DNA of 64,000 nt. Source: Pirellulales bacterium (GTDB lineage Bacteria > Planctomycetota > Planctomycetia > Pirellulales > PALSA-1355). Positions within the stretch are counted from its first letter, which is position 1; each line of letters starts with the position of its first letter. The notes beneath the pieces were generated by a model, which was given only the letters and a program-made list of their open reading frames with translations, was not told where the DNA came from and searched no databases. Both the position numbers and the translations under genes were made by a program. The stretch is taken from assembly GCA_963733035.1 (NCBI GenBank), contig CAVTBU010000007.1, positions 384,001-448,000 on the forward strand. The letters run 5' to 3'. Of this stretch, positions 9,997 to 19,837 are shown piece by piece.

Positions 9997-12396
9997 ATGG
10001 TAACCGTCCGCAAGGCGTTCAGCTATGTAGGGGCACGTCAAGTGGTGGCGATGTTTCACATCGTTGCCTCCTGGTTGGCGAGCTGGCGGGCTCGCGGAGG
10101 GCAGGCCCTACCGCAGTCGGAGCGGAGCGTGCCCGCCGGCGGCGCGTCGCCTGCCAGATTCCCATCTTCTGGCGATCTGTCCTCGAAGCAACCTCGAAGG
10201 TTCCATTCAGCTATTCGAGCTCAAGCGAACGCATCGCTGGCCCATGAGATTCAGTACGGCGAGATCGATGCCCATTCACACTCACGAGCTCACACGGCCG
10301 TTGAGGCCCTGGCCCAAAGGCTGGCTCGAGCTGTCGATCCCGATCCTGCACTTCGAGGATCCGATTTTGTTTTCTCCTCATGCCTTGGCGGGCGTGACGA
10401 GACGCGGTTGATAGGGCTGGCCTTTCAGAACCGCGGTCCACATCCAAGAGAGCAATTTGCGAGCGATGCCGACGGCGGCCGCTTTCTTGCCGGCGGAACG
10501 GCTCATCTTCAGCCACATCTTCTTGATACCGGGTTCGCAGCGGATGGCCGTCCAGGCGGCCTGCTGCAACACCCAACGCAAGTCGCGGGGTCCGGTCTTG
10601 GCGATGTGCCCTTCTCGTTGTTTGCCGCCGCTGGCGAAGACGCGCGGATGCAGTCCCGCATAGCAGGCGATCGCCTTGCGATAGGTGAAGCGACGGAAGT
10701 CGCCGACTTCGGCCAGGACTGTGGCGCTCACAATCAGGCCGACACCCGGGAAGGTTTGCAGCAGCGCGGCCGTGTCGCGGAATCGCTCGCTGGCGAGGAG
10801 GCGCCGCAACTCCATTTCGGCTTGGGCGATCTGCCGTTCGACGAGGGTCAACTGGTCGACGCACTTCCAAAGGATGGCCACATGTCGCTCGGACAGCTTT
10901 GTCTCGAAGGCCTTCAGGTAGCGAATCAAGCCATCACTCTGCAACCGCGCCGGCCCCGGACGGTTGTTGGCGTTCATGATGCTTTTGACCTGGTGCAGCA
11001 CACGAGCATGCAATCGCGAGAGCTGGTTGCGATGTCGCGTCTGGTCCTTGAGGATTTGTACTTCCAGGGGGGGTGCGTAGGCCAGCGGCAAGCGGCCGGC
11101 GGCCAGCAACTCGGCGACGTTTTGGGCGTCTTCCCGGTCGGTCTTCAGCCGTCGGCCGGCCAACGCCCGGGCGGCCGTGGCATCAGCCAAGACCAGCTTT
11201 TCGACGATCGGTTCCAGCAGGTCCCACAGCCAGCGGTAGAAGCCCACCGCCTCAATCGCGACGACTTGCGGCCGTGGCAGTGCGGCGAAGAACTCGGCAA
11301 TCTGCGCCCGACACTTACAAGCCAGTTTACGAAACGAGATTTCCCCACAACACGGACAGTAAACGCAAACGGTCAACGTGTCCTTGTGCAAATCGATGCC
11401 GACGCACCAATGGTGCGTGAGAGTTCCCATCCTCATAATCAGCCTCGCCATGTAGGGGTTTGGAATCAGCACCCAACGCGACGGCAGGATAACACCCGCC
11501 GCCGACCCCTACATGGTTTCACATTGGTTGAACTATTGGTCGTGATTGCCGTGATCGGCATCTTGGTGGGGCTGCTGTTGCCCGCGGTCCAGGCTGCCCG
11601 TGAAAGTGCGCGGCGGTCGCAGTGCCAAAACAACCTCCGCCAAATCGGCGTGGCAATGCAAAACGCGCACGGAGCCCGGGGTTCCTTTCCACCGGGATTT
11701 ATATCGCGGGCTCCGAACAAGAACGATGATGGCCTGGGGCCCGGCTGGGGTTGGGGCGCGCATTTGATGCCGTACATCGAAGAGGCAAATCTGCAAATCG
11801 ATCTGGCGCGCGAGATCATGGATCCCGTGCACGACCAGGTGCGCCAGACTCGCGTGGCCACCTATCTTTGCCCCTCGGATCCGGATCCGCCGCAAACGTT
11901 CTCGGTGGCGGATGACAGTGGCACCGAACTGACAAAAGTGGCTTTTGCCAATTATGTGGGTGTCGGCGGTACGTTCGAAGTCACGGAGTTTCCCGACACT
12001 GGCACGGGTGTCCTGTTTCGCAACCGGCGGATTCGCATCGCCGAGATCACGGACGGCACCTCCAGGACGCTAATGGTGGGCGAACGCAGCAGCCGTCGCT
12101 CGCCACAAACCACCTGGGTGGGAGCCGTCACCGGTTCGGCGATTCCACCGGTCAACCCGACGTACGATACCGAGGGGCCACCGGTGCTGGTGCTCACCAA
12201 CACCGGCGAGACCGAAGACGACCGCGTGCCGAACAATCTGCTTGACCACGTCGAGGACTCCAACAGCGAACATCCCGATGGCGTGAACTTCCTGCTCTGC
12301 GATGGATCGGTGCGAATCATCAACAACCAGATTGATCCACGCGTCTGGGCGGCACTGGGAACCCGGGCCGGCGGCGAGGAACTCGGCGAGTATTGA
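9997..12396 (+). CDS. DUF1559 prepilin-type N-terminal cleavage/methylation protein. Native gene = 9997-10020 + 11521-12396 (299 aa); now carries an in-frame 1500-bp IS110 insertion
   Basis: SD GGGAGG at 9982-9987. Rejoined N-terminus MVTVRKAF+[33 protein letters not shown]-terminal H-X9-DG motif ([12 protein letters not shown]). Confidence 0.9.
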   Translation: MVTVRKAFSYVGARQVVAMFHIVASWLASWRARGGQALPQSERSVPAGGASPARFPSSGDLSSKQPRRFHSAIRAQANASLAHEIQYGEIDAHSHSRAHTAVEALAQRLARAVDPDPALRGSDFVFSSCLGGRDETRLIGLAFQNRGPHPREQFASDADGGRFLAGGTAHLQPHLLDTGFAADGRPGGLLQHPTQVAGSGLGDVPFSLFAAAGEDARMQSRIAGDRLAIGEATEVADFGQDCGAHNQADTREGLQQRGRVAESLAGEEAPQLHFGLGDLPFDEGQLVDALPKDGHMSLGQLCLEGLQVANQAITLQPRRPRTVVGVHDAFDLVQHTSMQSRELVAMSRLVLEDLYFQGGCVGQRQAAGGQQLGDVLGVFPVGLQPSAGQRPGGRGISQDQLFDDRFQQVPQPAVEAHRLNRDDLRPWQCGEELGNLRPTLTSQFTKRDFPTTRTVNANGQRVLVQIDADAPMVRESSHPHNQPRHVGVWNQHPTRRQDNTRRRPLHGFTLVELLVVIAVIGILVGLLLPAVQAARESARRSQCQNNLRQIGVAMQNAHGARGSFPPGFISRAPNKNDDGLGPGWGWGAHLMPYIEEANLQIDLAREIMDPVHDQVRQTRVATYLCPSDPDPPQTFSVADDSGTELTKVAFANYVGVGGTFEVTEFPDTGTGVLFRNRRIRIAEITDGTSRTLMVGERSSRRSPQTTWVGAVTGSAIPPVNPTYDTEGPPVLVLTNTGETEDDRVPNNLLDHVEDSNSEHPDGVNFLLCDGSVRIINNQIDPRVWAALGTRAGGEELGEY
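10150..10377 (-). ncRNA. Putative bridge/seek RNA of the IS110 element (boundaries approximate)
   Basis: Non-coding region downstream of the transposase with two related 21-nt units (10203-10223 and 10272-10292). Their variable cores match the element junction and the insertion target respectively. Internal stems are visible. Confidence 0.7.
10378..11436 (-). CDS. IS110-family DEDD recombinase/transposase
   Basis: [13 protein letters not shown] and KTDREDA (DEDD), PGVGLIVSA, catalytic-Ser motif FASGG, and ARKL. The start could be 11430, 11436 or 11451. Confidence 0.95.
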   Translation of the reverse strand: MRMGTLTHHWCVGIDLHKDTLTVCVYCPCCGEISFRKLACKCRAQIAEFFAALPRPQVVAIEAVGFYRWLWDLLEPIVEKLVLADATAARALAGRRLKTDREDAQNVAELLAAGRLPLAYAPPLEVQILKDQTRHRNQLSRLHARVLHQVKSIMNANNRPGPARLQSDGLIRYLKAFETKLSERHVAILWKCVDQLTLVERQIAQAEMELRRLLASERFRDTAALLQTFPGVGLIVSATVLAEVGDFRRFTYRKAIACYAGLHPRVFASGGKQREGHIAKTGPRDLRWVLQQAAWTAIRCEPGIKKMWLKMSRSAGKKAAAVGIARKLLSWMWTAVLKGQPYQPRLVTPAKA

Positions 12397-12601
12397 CGGC
12401 CGATGTTTGGCCGGGGCCACTCCTGACGTACGAAGTTTCGCACGTTTCACGCCGCCCAAGGGGCTTGGCCACTGGCTTGGCCGGCGCCGCGGGCGCGCTA
12501 TAATCCCATGTCTCGTCGTGGGCTGGTAGAATACGGCCAGAGCCTGCCGCGGCGTATGGCGTGCGTGTTTTCTGCCGAGTTATCCCCACGAAAATTGCCC
12601 G

Positions 12602-14015
12602 ATGACCACGACCACCAAACCCGCCACGCTGGCCGAGCTTCGTGCCAGCGGCTGGACTTCGAAATCCGTCAAGCAGGAAATCTACGACAACTTCATCCGC
12701 ATGCTTAGCCAGGGAGACGAGTTGTTCCCCGGCATCATCGGTTACGAAGACACAGTCATTCCCGAGATCAATCTGGCGCTGATTGCCCAGCACGATATGT
12801 TGTTCCTGGGCGAGAAAGGTCAAGGCAAGAGCCGGTTGATGCGCTCGCTGTCGCGGTTTCTAGACGACGAAATTCCTTACATCGACCTGGCCGAAGCCCC
12901 TCTGCACGACGATCCCTATCGGCCGATTACCAGCGCCTGCAAAGAACTGGTGGCGAGCGTTCCGGATGACGAAGTGCCCATTGCCTGGTGGCCGCACCGC
13001 CCGCTATGCCGAGCGGCTTGCGCCGGGCACCAAGTTCGCCGACATCATCGGCGAAATCGACCCCGCGAAGCTGGCCGGCGGCACCAGCATGTCGACCGAA
13101 GAGGCGTTGCACTTCGGTCTGATCCCGCGGATGCATCGCGGCATCTTCGCCATCAACGAGCTGCCCGAGTTGGACGAATTAGTGCAGGTCGGTCTGTTCA
13201 ATATCCTCGAAGAACGCGACGTGCAAATCCGTGGTTATCCGATCAACTTCGATATCGATGTTTTGATCCTGTTCTCGGCCAACCCGGCCACGTACAACCG
13301 TAGCGGCAAGGTGATTCCGCAGCTTAAGGATCGCATCGGTTCGATCATCCACACGCATTACCCGACGGAGCGAGAGCTGGGCATCCAGATCATGGAACAG
13401 GAAGCCGAGATTGATTTGGGAGGCGACTTCCCGGTGGTCGTGCCTTACTTCATGCGCGAGATCATCGAACAGATGAGCATCGCCGCGCGAAAGTCGAAGT
13501 ACATCGATCAGCAGTCGGGCGTCAGCGCACGCTTCAGCATCGCCAACTATCGCACGATGGTCGCCAGCGCCCGGCAGCGCAGAGCGCTGTTGGGCGAAAA
13601 GCCGGCTGTGCCGCGGATCAGCGACCTGGGGCACCTGTATAGCTCGTCGCTGGGCAAATTGGAGCTCGACATGATGGGCAGCCATCAGATGTCCGAGCGT
13701 CAGGTGCTCGACGCGATTATGGCCGAAGCCATTCGCACGGTGTTCGACGAATACGTCGACCGTCATGGCCTGGAAGAAGTTAGCGAGATCTTCTCGCAAG
13801 GCGTGAAGATCGAAGTCGGCGACATGCTTCCCTCGAGCCAGTATGCCGACCGGCTCACACGCGTCCCACCCGCCTGGGAAAAAGCCTTCGAGGTCAACGC
13901 CTCCAGCGATCCCGCGGTTCGCGCCTCGTGCGTCGAGTTCGTCCTGGCCGGCCTGTATGCCTCCGATCGCATCTCGCGCACCCAACAGCGAGGAAGAATC
14001 ATCTACGAGATTTAA
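12602..14015 (+). CDS. Mg-chelatase ChlI/MoxR-like AAA+ ATPase (frameshift near 12990)
   Basis: Walker A GEKGQGKS in the first frame; [13 protein letters not shown] and FSANP in the second frame. Confidence 0.85.
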
Positions 14016-14086
14016 CGAGCATTCCGAAGTAGGAGCCAGCGAAGTCGTCGTCTTTCTCATCCTACAGCCTTCACCCTTCAGCCTTC

Positions 14087-15781
14087 ATGAAAAAGCCTCT
14101 CGGCGGCGTCATTCACACATACCAGCGTTACGATCCGGCGAAGCTGCCGAGCCCGACGCAGCCGCCGCCGGACCTCGTCTCGCCGGCTTTCGAACACATG
14201 CTGATGTACGGCAGTATGCGCGAATTGACCGATGAAGAACTGGCTCGGGCGATCAAGCTCGACCCGAGCCAGATTGCCGGCCTGGGGCCCAGCATCGAAG
14301 CGCTCAAGGCGATCCTCGAAGAACGCAAGCGAAAGATCCTGGCAAAATACGAGACCAAGGGAGTTGTGAAAGAGGCAGCCGACACTTATCAGGACTACGG
14401 CCAGGGCATGAAACCGCCGCGCAACCTCCGGCAGCGGTTTGCCGACAGTTTCAAGAACGAGCAAATCCGCGAGCTTGAGCGGCTGTGGTATCAAACCGGC
14501 GACGACCGCTCGCGCTTCGCGCGGCAACTCGTGCAATTGGCCGACCTGTTGGGAGACAAGTACCAGGTTGACGAACTGGCCGGCAAATATGACTTCACCG
14601 GCCGCACATCAATGAACGTGCCCCAGGCCCTGGCAATCAAGGAAGAGCTCGAAACAATCGACCGCTTGCTAAAACAACTCGAAGAAGCATCCAAGACGGC
14701 CCAAATCGCCGTCATCGATCTGGAGGAGTTGGCCGAGTTCACCGAGCCCGGAGAAGTCGAGAAACTCAACCAGCTGCAAAAGCAGGTCGAGGAGTTGATG
14801 CGGCAGATGGCCGAGCAGCAAGGGCTCGAGCGGGGTCCCGACGGATTTCACCTCACGCCGCAGGCCTACCGGCTGTTTCAGGGGCGATTGCTGGAGCGGA
14901 TCTTTGCCAACCTTGAGGCGGCCCGCAGCGGCCGGCACCAAGGTCCGATCGTCGGTGAGGGCGCCGTTGAAATGCAGCGCACCAAGCAGTATGAGTTCGG
15001 CGACTCGGTGGCGAATATGGACATGCCCGCCTCGCTGATCAACGCCATGGTGCGTTCCGGCGCGAACTTGCCGATCCGGTTGAAACAGGAAGATATTGAA
15101 ATCCATCGCACTCGCAACACGCCCAAGTGCGCCACCGTGGTGCTGATGGATATGAGCGGCTCGATGCGCTATGGCGGTATCTACGTGCAAGTCAAGCGAA
15201 TGGCACTCGCACTCGACGGGTTGATTCGACGCGAATACCCGGGCGACTTCCTGCAATTCATTGACATGCATACCTTCGCCAAGCCTGTCCGCTCCGCGGA
15301 TATCGCAGCGCTGATGCCCAAGCCCGTGACGGTGTTCGACCCGATCGTGCGACTGCGGGCCGACATGAGCCGCGAGGATATGAGTGAGTACTACATTCCG
15401 CCGCACTTCACCAATATCCAACACGCCCTGCAGCAAGGCCGACGATTCTTGGCGACGCAAGATACGCCGAATCGGCAAATTATTCTAATTACTGATGGAC
15501 TGCCGACAGCCCACTTTGATGGCCCACACCTGCACATGATCTACCCGCCGCATCGCAGCACCGAAGATGCCACGATGCGCGAAGGAGCACTTTGCCAACG
15601 AGACGGGATCACGATCAATATTTTTCTCTTACCCAGTTGGTCGCAGTCGAGCGAGGATGTACAGTTTGCGTATCGGCTGGCCGAGAGCACCAAGGGACGG
15701 GTATTCTTCACGGCCGGGCGCGACTTGGATCGCTACGTCGTGTGGGACTACCTTAATCGACGCCGCGATATCATTTCCTAA
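14087..15781 (+). CDS. von Willebrand factor A domain protein, partner of the AAA+ ATPase
   Basis: MIDAS motif DMSGS, plus TNIQHAL and ITDGLPTAH. Confidence 0.88.
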   Translation: MKKPLGGVIHTYQRYDPAKLPSPTQPPPDLVSPAFEHMLMYGSMRELTDEELARAIKLDPSQIAGLGPSIEALKAILEERKRKILAKYETKGVVKEAADTYQDYGQGMKPPRNLRQRFADSFKNEQIRELERLWYQTGDDRSRFARQLVQLADLLGDKYQVDELAGKYDFTGRTSMNVPQALAIKEELETIDRLLKQLEEASKTAQIAVIDLEELAEFTEPGEVEKLNQLQKQVEELMRQMAEQQGLERGPDGFHLTPQAYRLFQGRLLERIFANLEAARSGRHQGPIVGEGAVEMQRTKQYEFGDSVANMDMPASLINAMVRSGANLPIRLKQEDIEIHRTRNTPKCATVVLMDMSGSMRYGGIYVQVKRMALALDGLIRREYPGDFLQFIDMHTFAKPVRSADIAALMPKPVTVFDPIVRLRADMSREDMSEYYIPPHFTNIQHALQQGRRFLATQDTPNRQIILITDGLPTAHFDGPHLHMIYPPHRSTEDATMREGALCQRDGITINIFLLPSWSQSSEDVQFAYRLAESTKGRVFFTAGRDLDRYVVWDYLNRRRDIIS

Positions 15782-15814
15782 TTCCTCACAGCGGCAAGCT
15801 TCGTCGGCGGGAAC

Positions 15815-16888
15815 ATGACTGAATTGCCTCAGGCAATGATCTACGGTGCCAACGGCTACACGGGCCGGCTGATCGCTCGCCGCGCCGTCGAGCAGGGTCT
15901 GAAGCCCACATTGGCCGGGCGAAATTCCGAGGCCGTGAAAGCCCTGGCGGCAGAACTCGGCCTGCCGTCGATAGGCTTTAGCCTGCAACAGCCGGCGCAA
16001 ATCGCCGAATATCTAAAGGGATTCGCGGCCGTGATGCACTGTGCGGGTCCGTTCTCGCAGACCGCGCGGCAGATGATGGATGCCTGTATCGCCAGCGGCA
16101 CCGACTATCTGGACATCACCGGTGAGATCGACGTCATTTTGGCCGGCGTGCAGCGGAGCGAGCGAGCGCAGGGGGCGGGAGTGGCCCTGATGCCGGCCGT
16201 CGGTTTCGACGTTGTGCCTAGCGATTGCCTGGCCGCGCTGCTCGCTGACAAGCTGCCCGAAGCCAAGGTGCTGCAACTGGCGTTCGCCGGTACCGGCGGA
16301 CTGAGCGCGGGTACCGCCAAAACGATGTTCGAATCGCTGCCACACGGAGGCAAAGTGCGCATCGACGGCGAAATTCGCGACGTGCCGACCGCTTGGAAGA
16401 CCATGGAAATTCCCTTTCGCGACGGCAAGCGATTCTGCATGACGATCCCATGGGGTGACGTGGCCAGCGCCTATTACTCCACTGGTATCCCGAACATCGA
16501 AGTTTACACGGCCGCGTCGCGCAAACAGGTATCGCGAATTCGCAAGTTTCGCTTTCTATTGCCGCTGCTGGGGTTTGGCCCGATACAGCATTTCGCCCAG
16601 CGTCGCATTGGCAAGACGGTCAAGGGGCCCTCAGACGAAATGCGACAGAACACGCAGTCGTCGCTCTGGGGCCGCGTGAGCGACGACCACGGCAACAGCG
16701 TTTCGGCGACGCTGCAAACCCTCAGCGGTTACGAACTGACGGCGGTCACCGCCGTGGCCGCCCTGCAAAAGACGCTGGCACGGGAGGTGCCTCGAGGTTT
16801 TTCGACCGCGTCCCAGGCCTTCGGCAAGGAATTCATCCTCAGCTTTCCGAAGACGGACATTGTCTTCGAGCAATCTGTCGCCGGGTGA
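15815..16888 (+). CDS. Saccharopine dehydrogenase-like NAD(P)-dependent oxidoreductase
   Basis: Motifs YGANGYTG, CAGPF, YLDITGE and GFDVVPSD. Confidence 0.9.
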   Translation: MTELPQAMIYGANGYTGRLIARRAVEQGLKPTLAGRNSEAVKALAAELGLPSIGFSLQQPAQIAEYLKGFAAVMHCAGPFSQTARQMMDACIASGTDYLDITGEIDVILAGVQRSERAQGAGVALMPAVGFDVVPSDCLAALLADKLPEAKVLQLAFAGTGGLSAGTAKTMFESLPHGGKVRIDGEIRDVPTAWKTMEIPFRDGKRFCMTIPWGDVASAYYSTGIPNIEVYTAASRKQVSRIRKFRFLLPLLGFGPIQHFAQRRIGKTVKGPSDEMRQNTQSSLWGRVSDDHGNSVSATLQTLSGYELTAVTAVAALQKTLAREVPRGFSTASQAFGKEFILSFPKTDIVFEQSVAG

Positions 16889-16908
16889 CCGCTGACGTAG
16901 GGCAGCGC

Positions 16909-17148
16909 CTAACGTGATGCGTCGCCTGGCGGCGGTCCTAGGGAGTTGATTCCCAATGCGAGCAGCAGGCACAACAGATCGATCGCCCAAGCGACGCCGG
17001 TGCCCAGCGCAACGCGATCAACTGCCGCCGCGCCGACCGCGTCTTGCATGGCAGAAAGCAGGCGTCCCACGGCCAGTTCCACCACGATCGCCAGTGGCAA
17101 AACACAGCCTGTCGCAACCAAAATCGTCATCACGCGTGGAGAAATCAC
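16909..17148 (-). CDS. Small two-TM membrane protein
   Basis: 79 aa with two hydrophobic helices, filling the intergenic gap. Confidence 0.55.
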   Translation of the reverse strand: MISPRVMTILVATGCVLPLAIVVELAVGRLLSAMQDAVGAAAVDRVALGTGVAWAIDLLCLLLALGINSLGPPPGDASR

Positions 17149-17395
17149 GGTGGCCGCCCGAAGGTCTAGTTTTCCTAGTTTTCCCAGTTATGCGAGCTGC
17201 CTGCCGAAGTGTCAATCCCGCCGACGCCACCCCGGTTTGTTGACTCGCAGGCGGTGGTGAACACAATAAAACGTTAGGGAAGAGCGCGGACCTCTGACGG
17301 ACATGCGGAACTCCTCCGTGGCTCGCAGGGGCAACACCCGTCCGGCGGCACCAACCGGGGCCAGCCGGCGTAGCGAATTTCGTACGGAACCTCTC

Positions 17396-19749
17396 ATGAG
17401 CCGACCAGGCCTGGCGCGGTGGTTATCTTTTGTGGCGGTGCTGCTGGTGTGCTCCTGCGGAGCCGCTTCGCTGCACGCGTCGACGATCATTCTCAAGGAT
17501 GGTCGCCGCTTGCAAGGTCGTCTCGGCAAGACCACCGGCCTGGCCGCCAACCCCCAGAACAACGCGGCTGGCGCGCCGCCCACGATCACCCTGGTCGACG
17601 ATGATCTCCGCCGCGTATTTATTCCAACGTTTCAGATTCAGGCCGTCGACGAAATCAACGCCGGCGAGATCCCCGAGCGGGTTCACATTCACCAGCGCAC
17701 GGCCACGGGGGGCGGCCGCGTCAATCGCGTCGGACAAATCGTCAAGATGACCCCGTTCGACGAATACGGCCGCCGTGTCGTCACGATGATGACCAACAAG
17801 GACAAGCTCGACGTGATTCAGGGAATTACGCTGATCACGCCCCACTGGACGAAAGTCGAAGGGCTGCAAACCAGCAAATTGACACCACTCGTCTGGGACA
17901 TGCGAATTGCCACCAGTTCAATTCCGCGCGATACGCTGCACGCGATCCTCGTCAACAACACCACGCGCAAGAATCTCGAACAGCGTTTGCGCGTCGTGCG
18001 TCTCTTCCTGCAGGCCGAGCGCTATCAGGATGCACGGCAGGAATTGGAAGGCGTGCTGGCGGACTTTCCAGATCAGGAACAACTCAAGCAGGAAGTGCAG
18101 GCTCTCCAGCAACTGCACGCCCGCAACATCGTCAAGGAAATCGAGCGTCGCCGTCAGGCCGGACAGCACATCCTGGCATATAACCTGCTCCAGGAGTTTC
18201 CCACCGACAACGTCGCCGGCGAAACGCTGCAGCAAGTCCGCGAGATGCTCACGCGCTACCAGGAAATCATTGCCCAGCGGGCGCGCGTGGTAAAGGAACT
18301 TGCCGAAAACACGGCCGCCCTGCCGCCCGGCGACCAGCGTAAACGCTGCGAAACGCTCAACAAGGAACTCGACGCCGAGATGAGTATGGCGAACTTCGAT
18401 CGTCTGGCGGCGTACCTCCGCTTGAGCGACGACAAGAGCCTGAGCGCCGAACAAAAACTCTCGCTGGCCTACAGCGGTTGGCTGCTGGGGAGCGATTCGG
18501 CGGACACGAACCTGATCGTGTCATTATCGCTGGCCGAAGCCCGCGACTTGATTTTGCAGTACATGAACGAGCCCGTGCTGCTGAAGCGCAACGAGATCGA
18601 GCAAAAGCTGCGCGTGCTCGAGGGGGCGGCGGTGCCGCTGATCGCGAAACTGATCGCGCACATGAAACCGCCGCTGGCTACGCCTGCGCCGTCGGTCGAA
18701 ACCCCCCGACTTTACAAGTTGCAAGTGCCGATCGGCATCGACCGCGAGGCCGACGTGACCTATCACGTGCAATTGCCCCCGGAATACGACCCCTATCGTC
18801 GCTATCCGACGATTGTCACGCTCAACGGCACCGGCACGACGCCCGAGAACCAGCTTGACTGGTGGGCCGGCGCGTCCGACGGCAATGGCAATCGATTGGG
18901 GCAGGGCACTCGATACGGCTACATCGTGATCGCGGTCGACTGGCTCAAGGAAGGGCAGCAGGAATATGGCTTTTCCGCCCGTGAACACGCGGCCGTGCTG
19001 GCGGCCTTGCGCGACGCCTGCCGGCGATTTTCCGTCGACACCGATCGGGTCTTCCTCACCGGGCATTCCGTGGGTGGTGATGCCGCCTGGGACATTGGTC
19101 TTGCGCATCCCGATCTGTGGGCCGGGGTGATTCCCATCGTGGCGGAGTCCAAAAAATACTGCTCACACTATTGGCAAAACGCCGCGATGCTGCCGTTTTA
19201 CGTCGTGCAAGGTGAACTGGACGGCGACAAGGTGAAAGATAACGCCCAGGACCTCGACCGCTACATGATTCATCGCTACGACGTGACGGTCGTCGAGTAT
19301 CAGGGCCGCGGCCACGAGGATTTCTATGAAGAGATCCAAAACCTCTTCGACTGGATGGAGCGCCGTCTGACCCGCAACTTCTTCCCCAAGGAATTCGAAG
19401 TCTCGACGATGCGCACCTGGGACAACTACTTCTGGTGGCTGGAGGTGAACGATCTACCGCCACGCTCGATCGTGGAACCAAGTAACTGGCCGCCCAAGCG
19501 CGGTACCGCGCCGCCGAACTGAGGGGCAAGGTGCTGGCCAGCGGCGACATCGTGATTCCCAATACCGGCATTCAGGTGGGCATCTGGCTCTCGCCCGAGA
19601 TCCTCAATCCCGGACGCGACAAGATCGACGTCACGATCGGGGGGCGCAGGCACGTTATCAACACGCAGCCGAACCTCAGCGTGCTGTTGGACGACGTCCG
19701 GACGCGCGGCGACCGCGTACACCCGTTTTGGGCCAAGTGGCAGCAGTAG
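17396..19749 (+). CDS. Secreted protein with C-terminal alpha/beta-hydrolase (esterase/peptidase) domain (frameshift near 19510)
   Basis: Signal peptide; motifs LTGHSVGGDAAWD, GELDG and GRGHE. The C-terminus continues in the 19531-19749 frame. Confidence 0.8.
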
Positions 19750-19837
19750 CCGCCGCTGCAGTCGCCCGTCTTCGATGCGCGGTCTCAATGTCGGACGCGC
19801 TTCCTGCCTTGTCGGCACGGCGCTTCGTTCGAAGCCG

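Larger units (their letters stand above)
10021..11520 (-). mobile_element. IS110-family element, IS1111-like (subterminal inverted repeats)
   Basis: TTCA is shared at both junctions (10018-10021 and 11518-11521, 1500 bp apart). Subterminal IR ATGTAGGGG (10025-10033) / CCCCTACAT (11506-11514). Removing the element restores the AFTLVE codons. Confidence 0.92.

Noticed and set aside
9997..12396. 799-aa ORF as a novel large protein family
   Set aside because: Residues 9-508 are the antisense read-through of the IS110 element. The native protein is 299 aa.
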